Of a DNA stretch of 64,000 nt, positions 20,503 to 28,830 are shown piece by piece (the stretch's first letter is position 1; every line of letters starts with the position of its first letter). The DNA comes from Polyangiaceae bacterium. Its GTDB lineage: Bacteria; Myxococcota_A; Polyangia; Polyangiales; Polyangiaceae. Both the position numbers and the translations under genes were made by a program. The notes beneath the pieces were generated by a model that saw only the letters and a program-made list of their open reading frames with translations, made no database searches and had not been told where the DNA came from. The DNA lies in assembly GCA_044222475.1 (NCBI GenBank), contig JBGANF010000014.1:1-64000 (forward strand). Reading direction: 5' to 3'.

Positions 20503-21777
20503 CTACTTCGCGAGCCTGCGCACTTCTCCACCGTTGCTGTTCACCCAGATCACGCTCACCGCATCGACCGTGAGCGCGGCGACCGTATCTTGGTTCAACA
20601 CGAGGACGATCGGATTTCCGTTCGGGCACCCCGTGCGTGGGCACGTGAGGATCCGGCCCGTAGAGGTCGACTCGCCCCAGTAGACGTTCGTTCCATCGGC
20701 GGCGATTGCGGACGTGGTCGTGGCGGAAAACGTCGAGGTCGACCCACCGCCACCGACCGGAGCGACCGCGAGCGTCGCGTTTCCGCCCGTCCCGAAATAG
20801 ACCGACTGACTGTCGATCGCGAGACCGGCGAGGTCGGCGCCGTTGTCTGCCGCGATTGGAGTGGCGACCCCATTGAGTCCGAGCGGAGCGCGGCGGACCC
20901 CGCCGTTCCCTTGATGCAGGCTGTTGAAGTACGTCCCCGAGTCGAGCCAGTAGACGAACCCGTTCGCGAGCCTAAGACTCGAGGGGTTCGGTTGGTCCGC
21001 GGTGACGACACGCTGCGCTGGGCCCGAGGGCAAGAGGAGGGTCATGACCGAGCCGCCGGTCCCTTGGTACGGCGTACCGTCGACCCAGTAGAGGCGGCTG
21101 TTCGGGAGATCGAGCGAGACGCTCTGCGCGAGCTGCTCGTTCTGAGCGAGAAACACTTGCCCACCGGTGCACGTCGGGAGCGCGCAGCGAGAGATCGCCC
21201 GAAGCGAGCCGTTGTTGCGCGCGAAGTACACGTTCCCGCCACCGACCGCAGCGCCGTAGGCACCGACGTTGGGGCCGAGGTCGAGGATGGTGGTGAGCGC
21301 CGTCCCGTCGAACTTGACGCTGAAGACTCCGCCCGCGACGGAGTTCGTTCCAACGCGCGTCCAGTAGACCCGATCGACGTCGACCGCGACGGAGTTGGCT
21401 GTGTTCTGTCCGGTCGCGAGCGTGATCGGTAGGCACTTCCCGGCGCTGCATGCGCCGCCGAGGCAGTCGTGCCCGCAGGTGCCGCAGTTCTTGGCGTCCG
21501 TCTTCGTGTCGACGCAGGTTGCTCCGCACGCGACCTGCGGCGCGGTGCACGCGCACGAACCCGAGACGCACGTGCTTCCCCCGTTGCAGGTGGTGCCGCA
21601 ACACGGCGTGTTGGGTACGCCGCACGCGGCATCGACGGTGCCCACGTCGGTCGAGGAGTCGAGGGTCGCGGCGTCGGGTTGGGGCGCGACCGGCGTGTCG
21701 CCCACGCAGCCCAGAGTCGTCGCGACGAGTGACGCGATGAACTTGGAAACGAAGGAAGCGCGGTCGTGCCTAACCAT
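20503..21777 (-). CDS. Cys-rich lipoprotein (Stigma1-like repeat plus YW beta-propeller)
   Basis: CVDTKTDAKNCGTCGHDC; repeated VYW/VYF strands. Confidence 0.78.
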   Translation of the reverse strand: MVRHDRASFVSKFIASLVATTLGCVGDTPVAPQPDAATLDSSTDVGTVDAACGVPNTPCCGTTCNGGSTCVSGSCACTAPQVACGATCVDTKTDAKNCGTCGHDCLGGACSAGKCLPITLATGQNTANSVAVDVDRVYWTRVGTNSVAGGVFSVKFDGTALTTILDLGPNVGAYGAAVGGGNVYFARNNGSLRAISRCALPTCTGGQVFLAQNEQLAQSVSLDLPNSRLYWVDGTPYQGTGGSVMTLLLPSGPAQRVVTADQPNPSSLRLANGFVYWLDSGTYFNSLHQGNGGVRRAPLGLNGVATPIAADNGADLAGLAIDSQSVYFGTGGNATLAVAPVGGGGSTSTFSATTTSAIAADGTNVYWGESTSTGRILTCPRTGCPNGNPIVLVLNQDTVAALTVDAVSVIWVNSNGGEVRRLAK

Positions 21778-21801
21778 GCCCCGATTATAGGCGGGCGGTC
21801 T

Positions 21802-22338
21802 TCACGGAGCCCATTCCTTTTCCACCGCCGCGGCGTCCTCCGCGCGCGGCGAGTTCGTCTTCAACGCGGCGAGGAGCGCATCGCGTCCCATCGCAGTCGC
21901 CTCTTCGGATTTCGGGACGCATGCAGCATGCACCCATCCGGCGGTCTTGGTCATGCCCATGCCGGTGTCGTAGAGGCGCTCGAACGCGACGCGCAGCGCT
22001 CCCTTGGTCACCGCTTCGCGGCACACGCGGCAGCGCGCGCGCCCGTTGCCGGCGATCTCGGCGTAGGGGTAGTCGGGGTGGGCGTTCTCCGCGATCAGCG
22101 CGTCGAGCGCGGCGCGGTTCGGGACCTCGCCCTCGTACGTCTTCAGCGCGGCGCGGAGATCGTTCGCGTGCTTCTTCGCCGCGCACTCGAGGTGCAGCCA
22201 GCGGTAGCTCGTGCCGCCTTCCTCGGCGAACGTGTTGGCGACCTCTTCGCCGTAGCGCACGACGTCCTTGGCGATCTTCTCCCCACATCCGCGGCAGGTC
22301 GCGCGACCCGACTTGGCGACTTCGATCGTGTTGGCCAT
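21802..22338 (-). CDS. Stand-alone protein with two PARP-type zinc fingers
   Basis: IEVAKSGRATCRGC..IAK...RYG...WLHLEC and AEIAGNGRARCRVC...KGALR...WVHAAC. Confidence 0.85.
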   Translation of the reverse strand: MANTIEVAKSGRATCRGCGEKIAKDVVRYGEEVANTFAEEGGTSYRWLHLECAAKKHANDLRAALKTYEGEVPNRAALDALIAENAHPDYPYAEIAGNGRARCRVCREAVTKGALRVAFERLYDTGMGMTKTAGWVHAACVPKSEEATAMGRDALLAALKTNSPRAEDAAAVEKEWAP

Positions 22339-22418
22339 GGGGTCACTTTTTCCCACGAAAGCGACCAAAAAATCGACTGGCGGGTGAAATTTCGGGGCCG
22401 CTGGGCCGAACTGCGCTC

Positions 22419-22778
22419 ATGAACGCATCCTACGGTCCCGTTCCGCCCTCCACCGAGCTCTCGTACACGCCCAGCGCCGAGCGCGCGGCCGCCGAAGGCC
22501 GACTCATGGCGGTCATCGCGCACGGCGGAGCGTTCTTCGGGTGGTTCATCGTGCCGCTCGTCGTCTACCTCGTGCAGCGCAAGCGCAACCCGTACGCGGA
22601 GTTCCACGCGCTCCAAGCCATGCTGTGGTCGCTCCTCGGCACGGCGGTCGCGGCGGCCACGTGCGGCCTCGCGGTGCCGGTGTTCCTCGTGTTCCACCTG
22701 TGGGCGGCGGTGAAGATCCTCCGCGACGAGGACTACGACTACCCGGTCGTCGGCGACTTCGCGCGAGGGCTGGTCTGA
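22419..22778 (+). CDS. DUF4870/Tic20-like membrane protein
   Basis: IAH, PLVVY, FHALQA, YDYP; three hydrophobic segments. Confidence 0.8.
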   Translation: MNASYGPVPPSTELSYTPSAERAAAEGRLMAVIAHGGAFFGWFIVPLVVYLVQRKRNPYAEFHALQAMLWSLLGTAVAAATCGLAVPVFLVFHLWAAVKILRDEDYDYPVVGDFARGLV

Positions 22779-22933
22779 ACGAACGAGCACGAACTCTCCC
22801 CGACGCGTAGCGGAGGGGCCGCGTGGAGGGGAGGCTCATTCGGCTCTGCCGAATGAGGGGAGGCGGCGCGAGCCGCCTTCCCCAGGGTACGTGAAGTGAA
22901 TCACCGCGTGATCGAAGATCACGAGCGGTGATT

Positions 22934-23572
22934 TCACGCGTTGCGGATCGCGGCGAGCGCTAGGCTCAGGTTCGCCGGCGTCGCGCGCAGCGCGACGTAG
23001 AGGTGCGTGCGATCGGTCTCGATCGCGCGGACGCCGATGAGTGGCGTGATCACGTTCAGCACGCGGCGGAGGCGCTTGTTGTTCGCGAGCTGCGGCATCT
23101 TCAAGAGATCGAGCGTGATCCGATCCTCGTGCGCCTCGATGATCATCGGCGGCTTCTTGGGGATGAACTTGAGGATGTTGCCGGGCTTCGAGAGATCGAG
23201 CGCGCCCGACTTCACGAGCATCGCCACCGGCGTCTCGCTGTCGTCCATGACCTTCAGCTTGATGTCGTTCACGCGGACGCCGATGCGGATCGACTCGGTC
23301 GAGAACTCGACCTCGTCGATCTTGATGCTGGCTGCCGCGCGGAGCTGGGTGCCCATCGCATCGACGGTCGCCGAGAGGCGGAGCGCCGGCGGCACCGCGC
23401 CCACCTCGATGTCCTTCGGCGCCTTTTTTCCTTTGACCTGACCGGCGAGCCACGCGAGGCCGGCGATCGGCACTCCGAAGCGGAGCCCCGCTGCGTTGAC
23501 CGCCGTCTTCACGACCTCTTGCGGGTTCTCACGGACGTACGACGCGGCAGCCTTCAACAGGTCACGGAGCAT
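22934..23572 (-). CDS. Hypothetical protein
   Basis: Good codon usage; ATG 23572 directly after the SDR gene. Confidence 0.75.
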   Translation of the reverse strand: MLRDLLKAAASYVRENPQEVVKTAVNAAGLRFGVPIAGLAWLAGQVKGKKAPKDIEVGAVPPALRLSATVDAMGTQLRAAASIKIDEVEFSTESIRIGVRVNDIKLKVMDDSETPVAMLVKSGALDLSKPGNILKFIPKKPPMIIEAHEDRITLDLLKMPQLANNKRLRRVLNVITPLIGVRAIETDRTHLYVALRATPANLSLALAAIRNA

Positions 23573-23597
23573 TCGCCGGATACTACTTCGTCGTCCT

Positions 23598-24455
23598 TCA
23601 CTTGACGAGCGCGTCCCAGTTTCCCTGGATCTCCTCGGCGGTCCACACGTCGGACGAGCCTGCGCCGGCGTCTTTGAACTTCCCCGCCGTCTCGACGACC
23701 TTGAACGCGTACATCCGCGCACCGGCGACCGCGAGGACGTAGCCCGTCTTGTCGCCCGAGAGCGCGCTCGCCAAGAACAGCGCCGCAGGGGCGACGTGCT
23801 CGGGCGTGAGCGACTCCTTGCCGGCGAAGAGCGGCAGATCCGCCGTCATCCGCGTCTTCGCGATGGGCGCGATCGCGTTCACCGTGATCTTGTGCTTCTG
23901 GAGCTCGATGCTCATCGTCCGCGTGAGGCCGTAGATCCCGGCCTTCGCGGCAGCGTAGTTCGACTGGCCGAAGTTCCCGAGCATGCCGCTCACGCTCGAC
24001 GTGTTGATGATCTTGCCTCCCTCGCCCTGGGCGACGAGCTCGCGCGCGAACGCTTGGCCGACGAGGAAGGTGCCTTTGAGGTGCACGGCGATCACGGCGT
24101 CGAAGTCTTCCTCGGTCATCTTGAGGAGCGTCTTGTCGCGCAGGATGCCGGCGTTGTTCACGAGGACGTCGACGCGGCCGAACGCGTCCTTCGCGGCCTT
24201 GACGATCGCTGCGGCGCCGGCCGCGGTCGCGACCGAGTCGCGGTTCGCTTGGGCCGCGCCACCGGCTTCGCGGATCTCGTGTGCGACGGTGTCTGCCGGA
24301 TGAGCACCTTCGGCGGCGCCGGTGCCGTCGCGCGCGCCGCCCACGTCGTTGACGAGCACCTTCGCGCCTTCTTTCGCGAAGAGCCGCGCGTACGCGCGCC
24401 CGAGCCCACCACCTGCGCCAGTGACGATCGCAACCTTGCCGTCGAGGAGTCCCAT
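23598..24455 (-). CDS. SDR oxidoreductase resembling the (3R)-hydroxyacyl-CoA dehydrogenase domain of MFE-2
   Basis: TGAGGGLG, VNDVGG, NNAGILRD, GNFGQSNYAAAK, AKTRMT. Confidence 0.9.
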   Translation of the reverse strand: MGLLDGKVAIVTGAGGGLGRAYARLFAKEGAKVLVNDVGGARDGTGAAEGAHPADTVAHEIREAGGAAQANRDSVATAAGAAAIVKAAKDAFGRVDVLVNNAGILRDKTLLKMTEEDFDAVIAVHLKGTFLVGQAFARELVAQGEGGKIINTSSVSGMLGNFGQSNYAAAKAGIYGLTRTMSIELQKHKITVNAIAPIAKTRMTADLPLFAGKESLTPEHVAPAALFLASALSGDKTGYVLAVAGARMYAFKVVETAGKFKDAGAGSSDVWTAEEIQGNWDALVK

Positions 24456-24487
24456 GTTGGAAGAGACCTGCTAGCATATGCCGCCTG

Positions 24488-25441
24488 GTGATGGAGTCGA
24501 ACCCTCCCGCAGAGTCGCCTCCGACCGGCGAATTCACCGTGCCCGTCGCGCTTCGGGCGCAGGCGGTCGCGACCGGGCGCAAGGTCCCGGTGCTGTTCGT
24601 CCTCAACGGCGTCGACGCGGGGCGCCTCTTCGTCCTCGATCGACCGACCACGATCATCGGCCGCGAGAAGGGGGTCGAGGTCCAACTCTCCGACGGCGCG
24701 ATGAGCCGCAAGCACGCGCGCATCGTCCGCGAGGGGGACGTGTTCTTCCTCCAAGACCTCCAGTCGCGCAACGGCACGTTCGTCAACAACGAGCGCGTCA
24801 CGCAGCGCGCGCTGAGCGCCGGCGATCACGTCTCGGTGAGCCCGAACGTCGTCCTGCGGTTCAGCCACATCGACGAGGCCGAGGCCGACCTCGGGAAGAA
24901 GCTCTTCGAAGCGTCGACACGCGATCCGCTGACGCAGGTCTACAACCGGAAGTGCCTGATGGAGCGCGTCGTCGCCGAGTCGTCGTACGGCGTGCGCCAC
25001 GGTGGGCAGTTCGGCGTGTTGATGTTCGACATCGACTTCTTCAAGCAGGTGAACGACACGCACGGCCACGCCGCCGGCGACGCCGTGCTGCACGCGGTGG
25101 CGCAGCGGGTCGTGCGCCTCGTCCGCGCCGAGGACATCGTCGCGCGCTACGGCGGCGAGGAGTTCGTCGTCGCGGTGCGTGGCGTGCCGGCGTCGGGGAT
25201 GAGGAAGCTCGCCGAGCGCGTGCGCATCGCGATCTCCGATCTCTCGGTCGAGGCTCCGTCGAGCGAAGGTGCGAAGGTCATGGTGCGGGTGACCGTCAGC
25301 ATCGGGGTCGCGCTCCTCGACGAGTGCCCGCCGAAACCGGCGACCGGGAACGTCGCGGAGTACCTCCTCGGGCTGGTGGACCGCCGCCTCTACGCCGCGA
25401 AAAACGGCGGGCGAAATCGCATCGTGACCGACGGGGCGTGA
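24488..25441 (+). CDS. FHA-domain diguanylate cyclase
   Basis: FHA motifs IGR, SRKHA, SRNGTFVN; DPLT, DIDFFKQVND, RAED I-site, GGEEF. Confidence 0.93.
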   Translation: MMESNPPAESPPTGEFTVPVALRAQAVATGRKVPVLFVLNGVDAGRLFVLDRPTTIIGREKGVEVQLSDGAMSRKHARIVREGDVFFLQDLQSRNGTFVNNERVTQRALSAGDHVSVSPNVVLRFSHIDEAEADLGKKLFEASTRDPLTQVYNRKCLMERVVAESSYGVRHGGQFGVLMFDIDFFKQVNDTHGHAAGDAVLHAVAQRVVRLVRAEDIVARYGGEEFVVAVRGVPASGMRKLAERVRIAISDLSVEAPSSEGAKVMVRVTVSIGVALLDECPPKPATGNVAEYLLGLVDRRLYAAKNGGRNRIVTDGA

Positions 25442-25548
25442 TTCTCGCGCCGCACCTTGGCCGTCGCTTGACTGGCCGCTTTCGCGGGTGTAGCAAACTG
25501 AACCGCGATTCAGTTTGCCTCAGTTCTCAACCCGCAGGAGATCACGCG

Positions 25549-25878
25549 ATGGCCGTCGACATCAAGCAGCTCTTCAACGAGACGCTCCCCAAAGGACTCG
25601 CCAACAACGCCGAAGACGCGAAGGGCATCGGCGCGAAGTTCCAGATCAACGTGACGGGCGAGGGCGAGTGGTTCGTCGACGCTTCGTCGACCGGTCCGTC
25701 CTGCAAGCCGGGCAACGAAGCCGCGGACTGCACGATCACGATCGCGTCGGAGGATTTCCAGAAGCTCATGGAGAACCCGCAGGCGAACGGCATGCAGCTC
25801 TTCTTCGCGGGCAAGCTCAAGGTCGCGGGCAACCCGACGCTGGCGATGAAGCTGCAGAAGCTCTTCTCCTACAAGTGA
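25549..25878 (+). CDS. SCP2 sterol/lipid-binding domain protein
   Basis: ADCTITI, MQLFFAGKLKVAGN..LAMKL; SD AGGAG upstream. Confidence 0.9.
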   Translation: MAVDIKQLFNETLPKGLANNAEDAKGIGAKFQINVTGEGEWFVDASSTGPSCKPGNEAADCTITIASEDFQKLMENPQANGMQLFFAGKLKVAGNPTLAMKLQKLFSYK

Positions 25879-25904
25879 TCGCCTAGGCCTCACGGCCGCT
25901 GACC

Positions 25905-25941
25905 GAAGGGCCTTCGCAAAACACCGCGGAGGCCCTTCTTT
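25905..25941 (+). terminator. Intrinsic terminator-like hairpin after SCP2
   Basis: GAAGGGCCTTCGC-N8-GCGGAGGCCCTTC followed by TTT. Confidence 0.55.
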
Positions 25942-25998
25942 CATTCCGCACTCCCATTCCTGTTCCACATTCCACATTCGTCTTTCCCCTCTCCGCCG

Positions 25999-27168
25999 AT
26001 GCTCCCTCTCCAAGGCCTCAAAGTCCTCGACCTCTCCCGTCTCCTCCCGGGCCCCTTCGCGACGTTGGTGCTGGCCGATCTCGGCGCCCAGGTCGACAAG
26101 GTCGAGGACCTCGAAGGTGGCGACTACCTGCGCCACATGCCGCCGCAGGTCGGTGACGGAGCGAACGCGCAGTCCGCGATCTTCCTCGCGCTCAACCGCA
26201 ACAAGCGGAGCGCGTGCCTCGATTTGAAGAAGCCGGCCGCGCAGGCCGCGCTGCGCAAGATGGTGAAGCACTACGACGTCGTGCTCGAGCAGTTTCGGCC
26301 GGGCGTGATGACGCGGTTGGGCGTCTCGCACGAGGCGCTGCTCGCGGAGAACCCGCGTCTCGTCGTGTGCGCGCTCACCGGGTACGGCCAGGGTGGGCCG
26401 CTCGCGCACCGCGCCGGTCACGACATCAACTACCTGGCGCGCGGCGGAGTCCTCGGCTTCCAGGGCCCTGCCGGTGGGCCGCCGCAGCCTCCCGGCTTCC
26501 AGCTCGCCGACGTGAGCGGCGCGCTCTGGTCGGTCATCGGGATCCTCGCGGCGCTGGCCGAGCGCGATCGTACCAACAAGGGACGACTGGTGGACGTCTC
26601 GATGGTCGAGTCGTCGATGGGGTTCTCGATCGCGACGCTCGGGGCGATGTTCGGCGGTCAGACCTCGTCGCGCGGCGACGACGCGCTCACCGGCGGGATC
26701 GCGGCGTACAACGTGTACGCGACGAAGGACGGCCGCGCGATGTCGCTGGGGGCGCTCGAGCCGAAGTTCTGGATGGCGTTCGCCGCCGGCGTCGGTCTCG
26801 ACGCGGACATGTCGGGCATCACGCCGGGGCCGCACCAGGTCGCGCTCAAGGAGAAGGTCGCGGCGATCTTCCGCGACAAGACCCGCGCGGAGTGGGAAGC
26901 GTTCGCGAAGGAGCGGGACTGTTGCCTCGAGCCGGTGCTCGAGCCGCAGGAGCTCGCGGGCGACCCGCACCTGCAGGCGAGGAAGGCATTTCTCGAGGTC
27001 GCATCGCCGTGGGGCGTGCTCACTCAGTTGAGGTTGCCGACCACTCCGGTGGATCGGGCGCATGGGGCTCCGCCGAAGCAGGGGGAGCACACCGATGCGG
27101 TGTTGCGGGAGGCGGGGATCTCCGAAGAGGAGATCCGCGCGATGCGAGAGGCGAAGGCGATTCGGTAG
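25999..27168 (+). CDS. CaiB/BaiF family III CoA-transferase, alpha-methylacyl-CoA racemase-like
   Basis: LDLSRLLPGP, NRNKRS, FRPGV, AGHDINY, GALEPKFW, GEHT. Confidence 0.9.
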   Translation: MLPLQGLKVLDLSRLLPGPFATLVLADLGAQVDKVEDLEGGDYLRHMPPQVGDGANAQSAIFLALNRNKRSACLDLKKPAAQAALRKMVKHYDVVLEQFRPGVMTRLGVSHEALLAENPRLVVCALTGYGQGGPLAHRAGHDINYLARGGVLGFQGPAGGPPQPPGFQLADVSGALWSVIGILAALAERDRTNKGRLVDVSMVESSMGFSIATLGAMFGGQTSSRGDDALTGGIAAYNVYATKDGRAMSLGALEPKFWMAFAAGVGLDADMSGITPGPHQVALKEKVAAIFRDKTRAEWEAFAKERDCCLEPVLEPQELAGDPHLQARKAFLEVASPWGVLTQLRLPTTPVDRAHGAPPKQGEHTDAVLREAGISEEEIRAMREAKAIR

Positions 27169-27170
27169 CG

Positions 27171-27255
27171 GGCGAGGGGGATGCCCCTCACCGCGGCGCT
27201 TCGCGCCGCGACTCTCCCCAAGCTTGGCGCTGCGCGCCAAGCGGGGAGAGTGGTT
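27171..27255. repeat. Nested-hairpin extragenic element
   Basis: GAGGGG..CCCCTC, CGCGGCGC-TTC-GCGCCGCG and ACTCTCCCC-AAGCTTGGCGC..GCGCCAAGC-GGGGAGAGT stems. Confidence 0.6.
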
Positions 27256-27319
27256 CCACCCGCGGGGACGTCATGCCCCAATGCGGAAGATTCGCGCCAA
27301 GCGCTCGCATTGCGGACTC

Positions 27320-27387
27320 GGGACGCCCGAGACGTACTCCGTTGCGCTTGTCAGGGACGCCCGAGACGTACTCCGTTGCGCTTGTCA
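27320..27387 (+). repeat. Perfect 34-bp tandem duplication
   Basis: GGGACGCCCGAGACGTACTCCGTTGCGCTTGTCA occurs twice. Confidence 0.92.
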
Positions 27388-27409
27388 CGAATCTTCCGCG
27401 GGAGGGGGC

Positions 27410-27689
27410 ATGACCTCACCGCTCGCCCCTTCGCTGTTCACTCTCACGCAATTCGCTCGGCAGCATCGCAAGGCACCGACGAGATCCGAGGCGCTCATGT
27501 GGAACGCGCTTCGCGATCGGCGCTTCCGCGGCATCAAGTTCCGTCGTCAGCATGTACTTCACCCGTTCATCGTCGACTTCTACGCTTCGGCGCTGAAGCT
27601 CGTCGTCGAGATCGACGGCGGTTACCACGCGGCGCGTCGAGCGCCACCTCGGTTCCGTGCTCACGGCGCTCGCCGCGGCCTGCCGCTGA
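27410..27689 (+). pseudogene. DUF559 (Vsr-like) endonuclease gene, internally deleted or frameshifted
   Basis: PTRSEALMWNALR, KFRRQH, FIVDF, LVVEIDGGYH; the expected D..RD..L...G..V.R segment is missing and a plausible C-terminus (RHLGSVLTALAAACR*) lies in another frame. Confidence 0.75.
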
Positions 27690-27760
27690 GCGCTCACTTC
27701 GACGATCGGGGTAACGGATTTTTCTCGACGATCACTGAATCCCGGCGTCGGCCTCGGCCG

Positions 27761-28732
27761 TCAGATCTTCCGGAACTCTTCCACGAACTCCCAGTCCGCG
27801 ATGAGCCCCTTCCGGAGCAGCACCGACAACAGCGCCGCCACGACCGGCTCCCACTTCGGCTGATCTCCGAGGATCTCCTTCGCATCCGCGCCATGCGTCA
27901 CCGCGCGCAGCGCCGTGACCAAGTCTCGAGCGGTCAACGGATCGACCTCTCCCGCCGGCACCGGCCTCGATGCACGGCGGCCCTTCGCGGCCGGTAGCTG
28001 AATCGTCGTCCCATCGAGCAGCGTCAGCGCCACCATCGGAATGCCACTCGTCGGCGTCTTGGCCACCGGCCGCGTCAGCGTCTTCGGCTCCGCCTCCGGC
28101 ATCGTGTCCGGCTCGCTCTTCGGTGGCGGCGGCGCCTCGCCCGCGTCGACCATCGACTTCGTCGCCTTCGGCGGCAGCGGCGGCGGCGCCTTCGGCGGCG
28201 GCGCTGCAGCCGCGGGAGGAGAGGGCGGCGCGACGAGCGGCTGGGACACCGGCGGCGGCGGGATCTCCGGCGACTCTCCCGTGTAATATACACGGATCGC
28301 GGCGAGGATGTCGCTGCGGGACGCGATCATCGGTCGGACCGGGAGGCCGCAGTTGCTCTTCACGAGCAGCAGCGCTCCCTCGTTCGTCGGGTCCGCCATC
28401 GCGACGAAGAGGACCTCGCCCTCCTTCTTCGTCTTGCGGACGAAGACCGGTACCAGGCAGTGCAGCTCCGCGAGGTCCTCGGGGACCAGGTTCAGCAGCT
28501 GGCGCGAGAACTCGACGTGATAGAGCGACACCCACGGCACGCTCAGCTGTTGCGACAGCGTCTGGGTGAGCTGCGTCTCGGTGACGAACTGGAGCCTCAC
28601 GAGGACGTCGCCGATCCGTTCCCCTTCCGTGCGCGGCTTCGTCAACGCCTCCGCGAGCTGCTCCTCGGTCAGGACGCCCGCGGAAATCAGGAGCTCGCCG
28701 ATGCGCTGACGGGGAGTGTTAGTGGTGCTCAC
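27761..28732 (-). CDS. MshEN/T2SSE_N (GSPII_N) domain protein without ATPase
   Basis: Tandem RIGELLISAGVLTEEQLAEAL / RIGDVLVRLQFVTETQL motifs; VAMADP; Pro-rich linker; GTG start inferred. Confidence 0.85.
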   Translation of the reverse strand: MSTTNTPRQRIGELLISAGVLTEEQLAEALTKPRTEGERIGDVLVRLQFVTETQLTQTLSQQLSVPWVSLYHVEFSRQLLNLVPEDLAELHCLVPVFVRKTKKEGEVLFVAMADPTNEGALLLVKSNCGLPVRPMIASRSDILAAIRVYYTGESPEIPPPPVSQPLVAPPSPPAAAAPPPKAPPPLPPKATKSMVDAGEAPPPPKSEPDTMPEAEPKTLTRPVAKTPTSGIPMVALTLLDGTTIQLPAAKGRRASRPVPAGEVDPLTARDLVTALRAVTHGADAKEILGDQPKWEPVVAALLSVLLRKGLIADWEFVEEFRKI

Positions 28733-28830
28733 CAGCCGATTTTCGCGGTTCGGAGCGGGGGAGGCCAAGAAATCGGCCACCAGACGGGCGTTTTCTGCGC
28801 TCCAGACGCGTGCTAACCTCGCTTTTCCCG

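Noticed and set aside
25940..25995. Pyrimidine-rich stretch with TTCCACA repeats
   Set aside because: Too short and degenerate to assign a function
27320..27387. 34-bp repeats as CRISPR repeats
   Set aside because: The two copies are directly adjacent with no spacer
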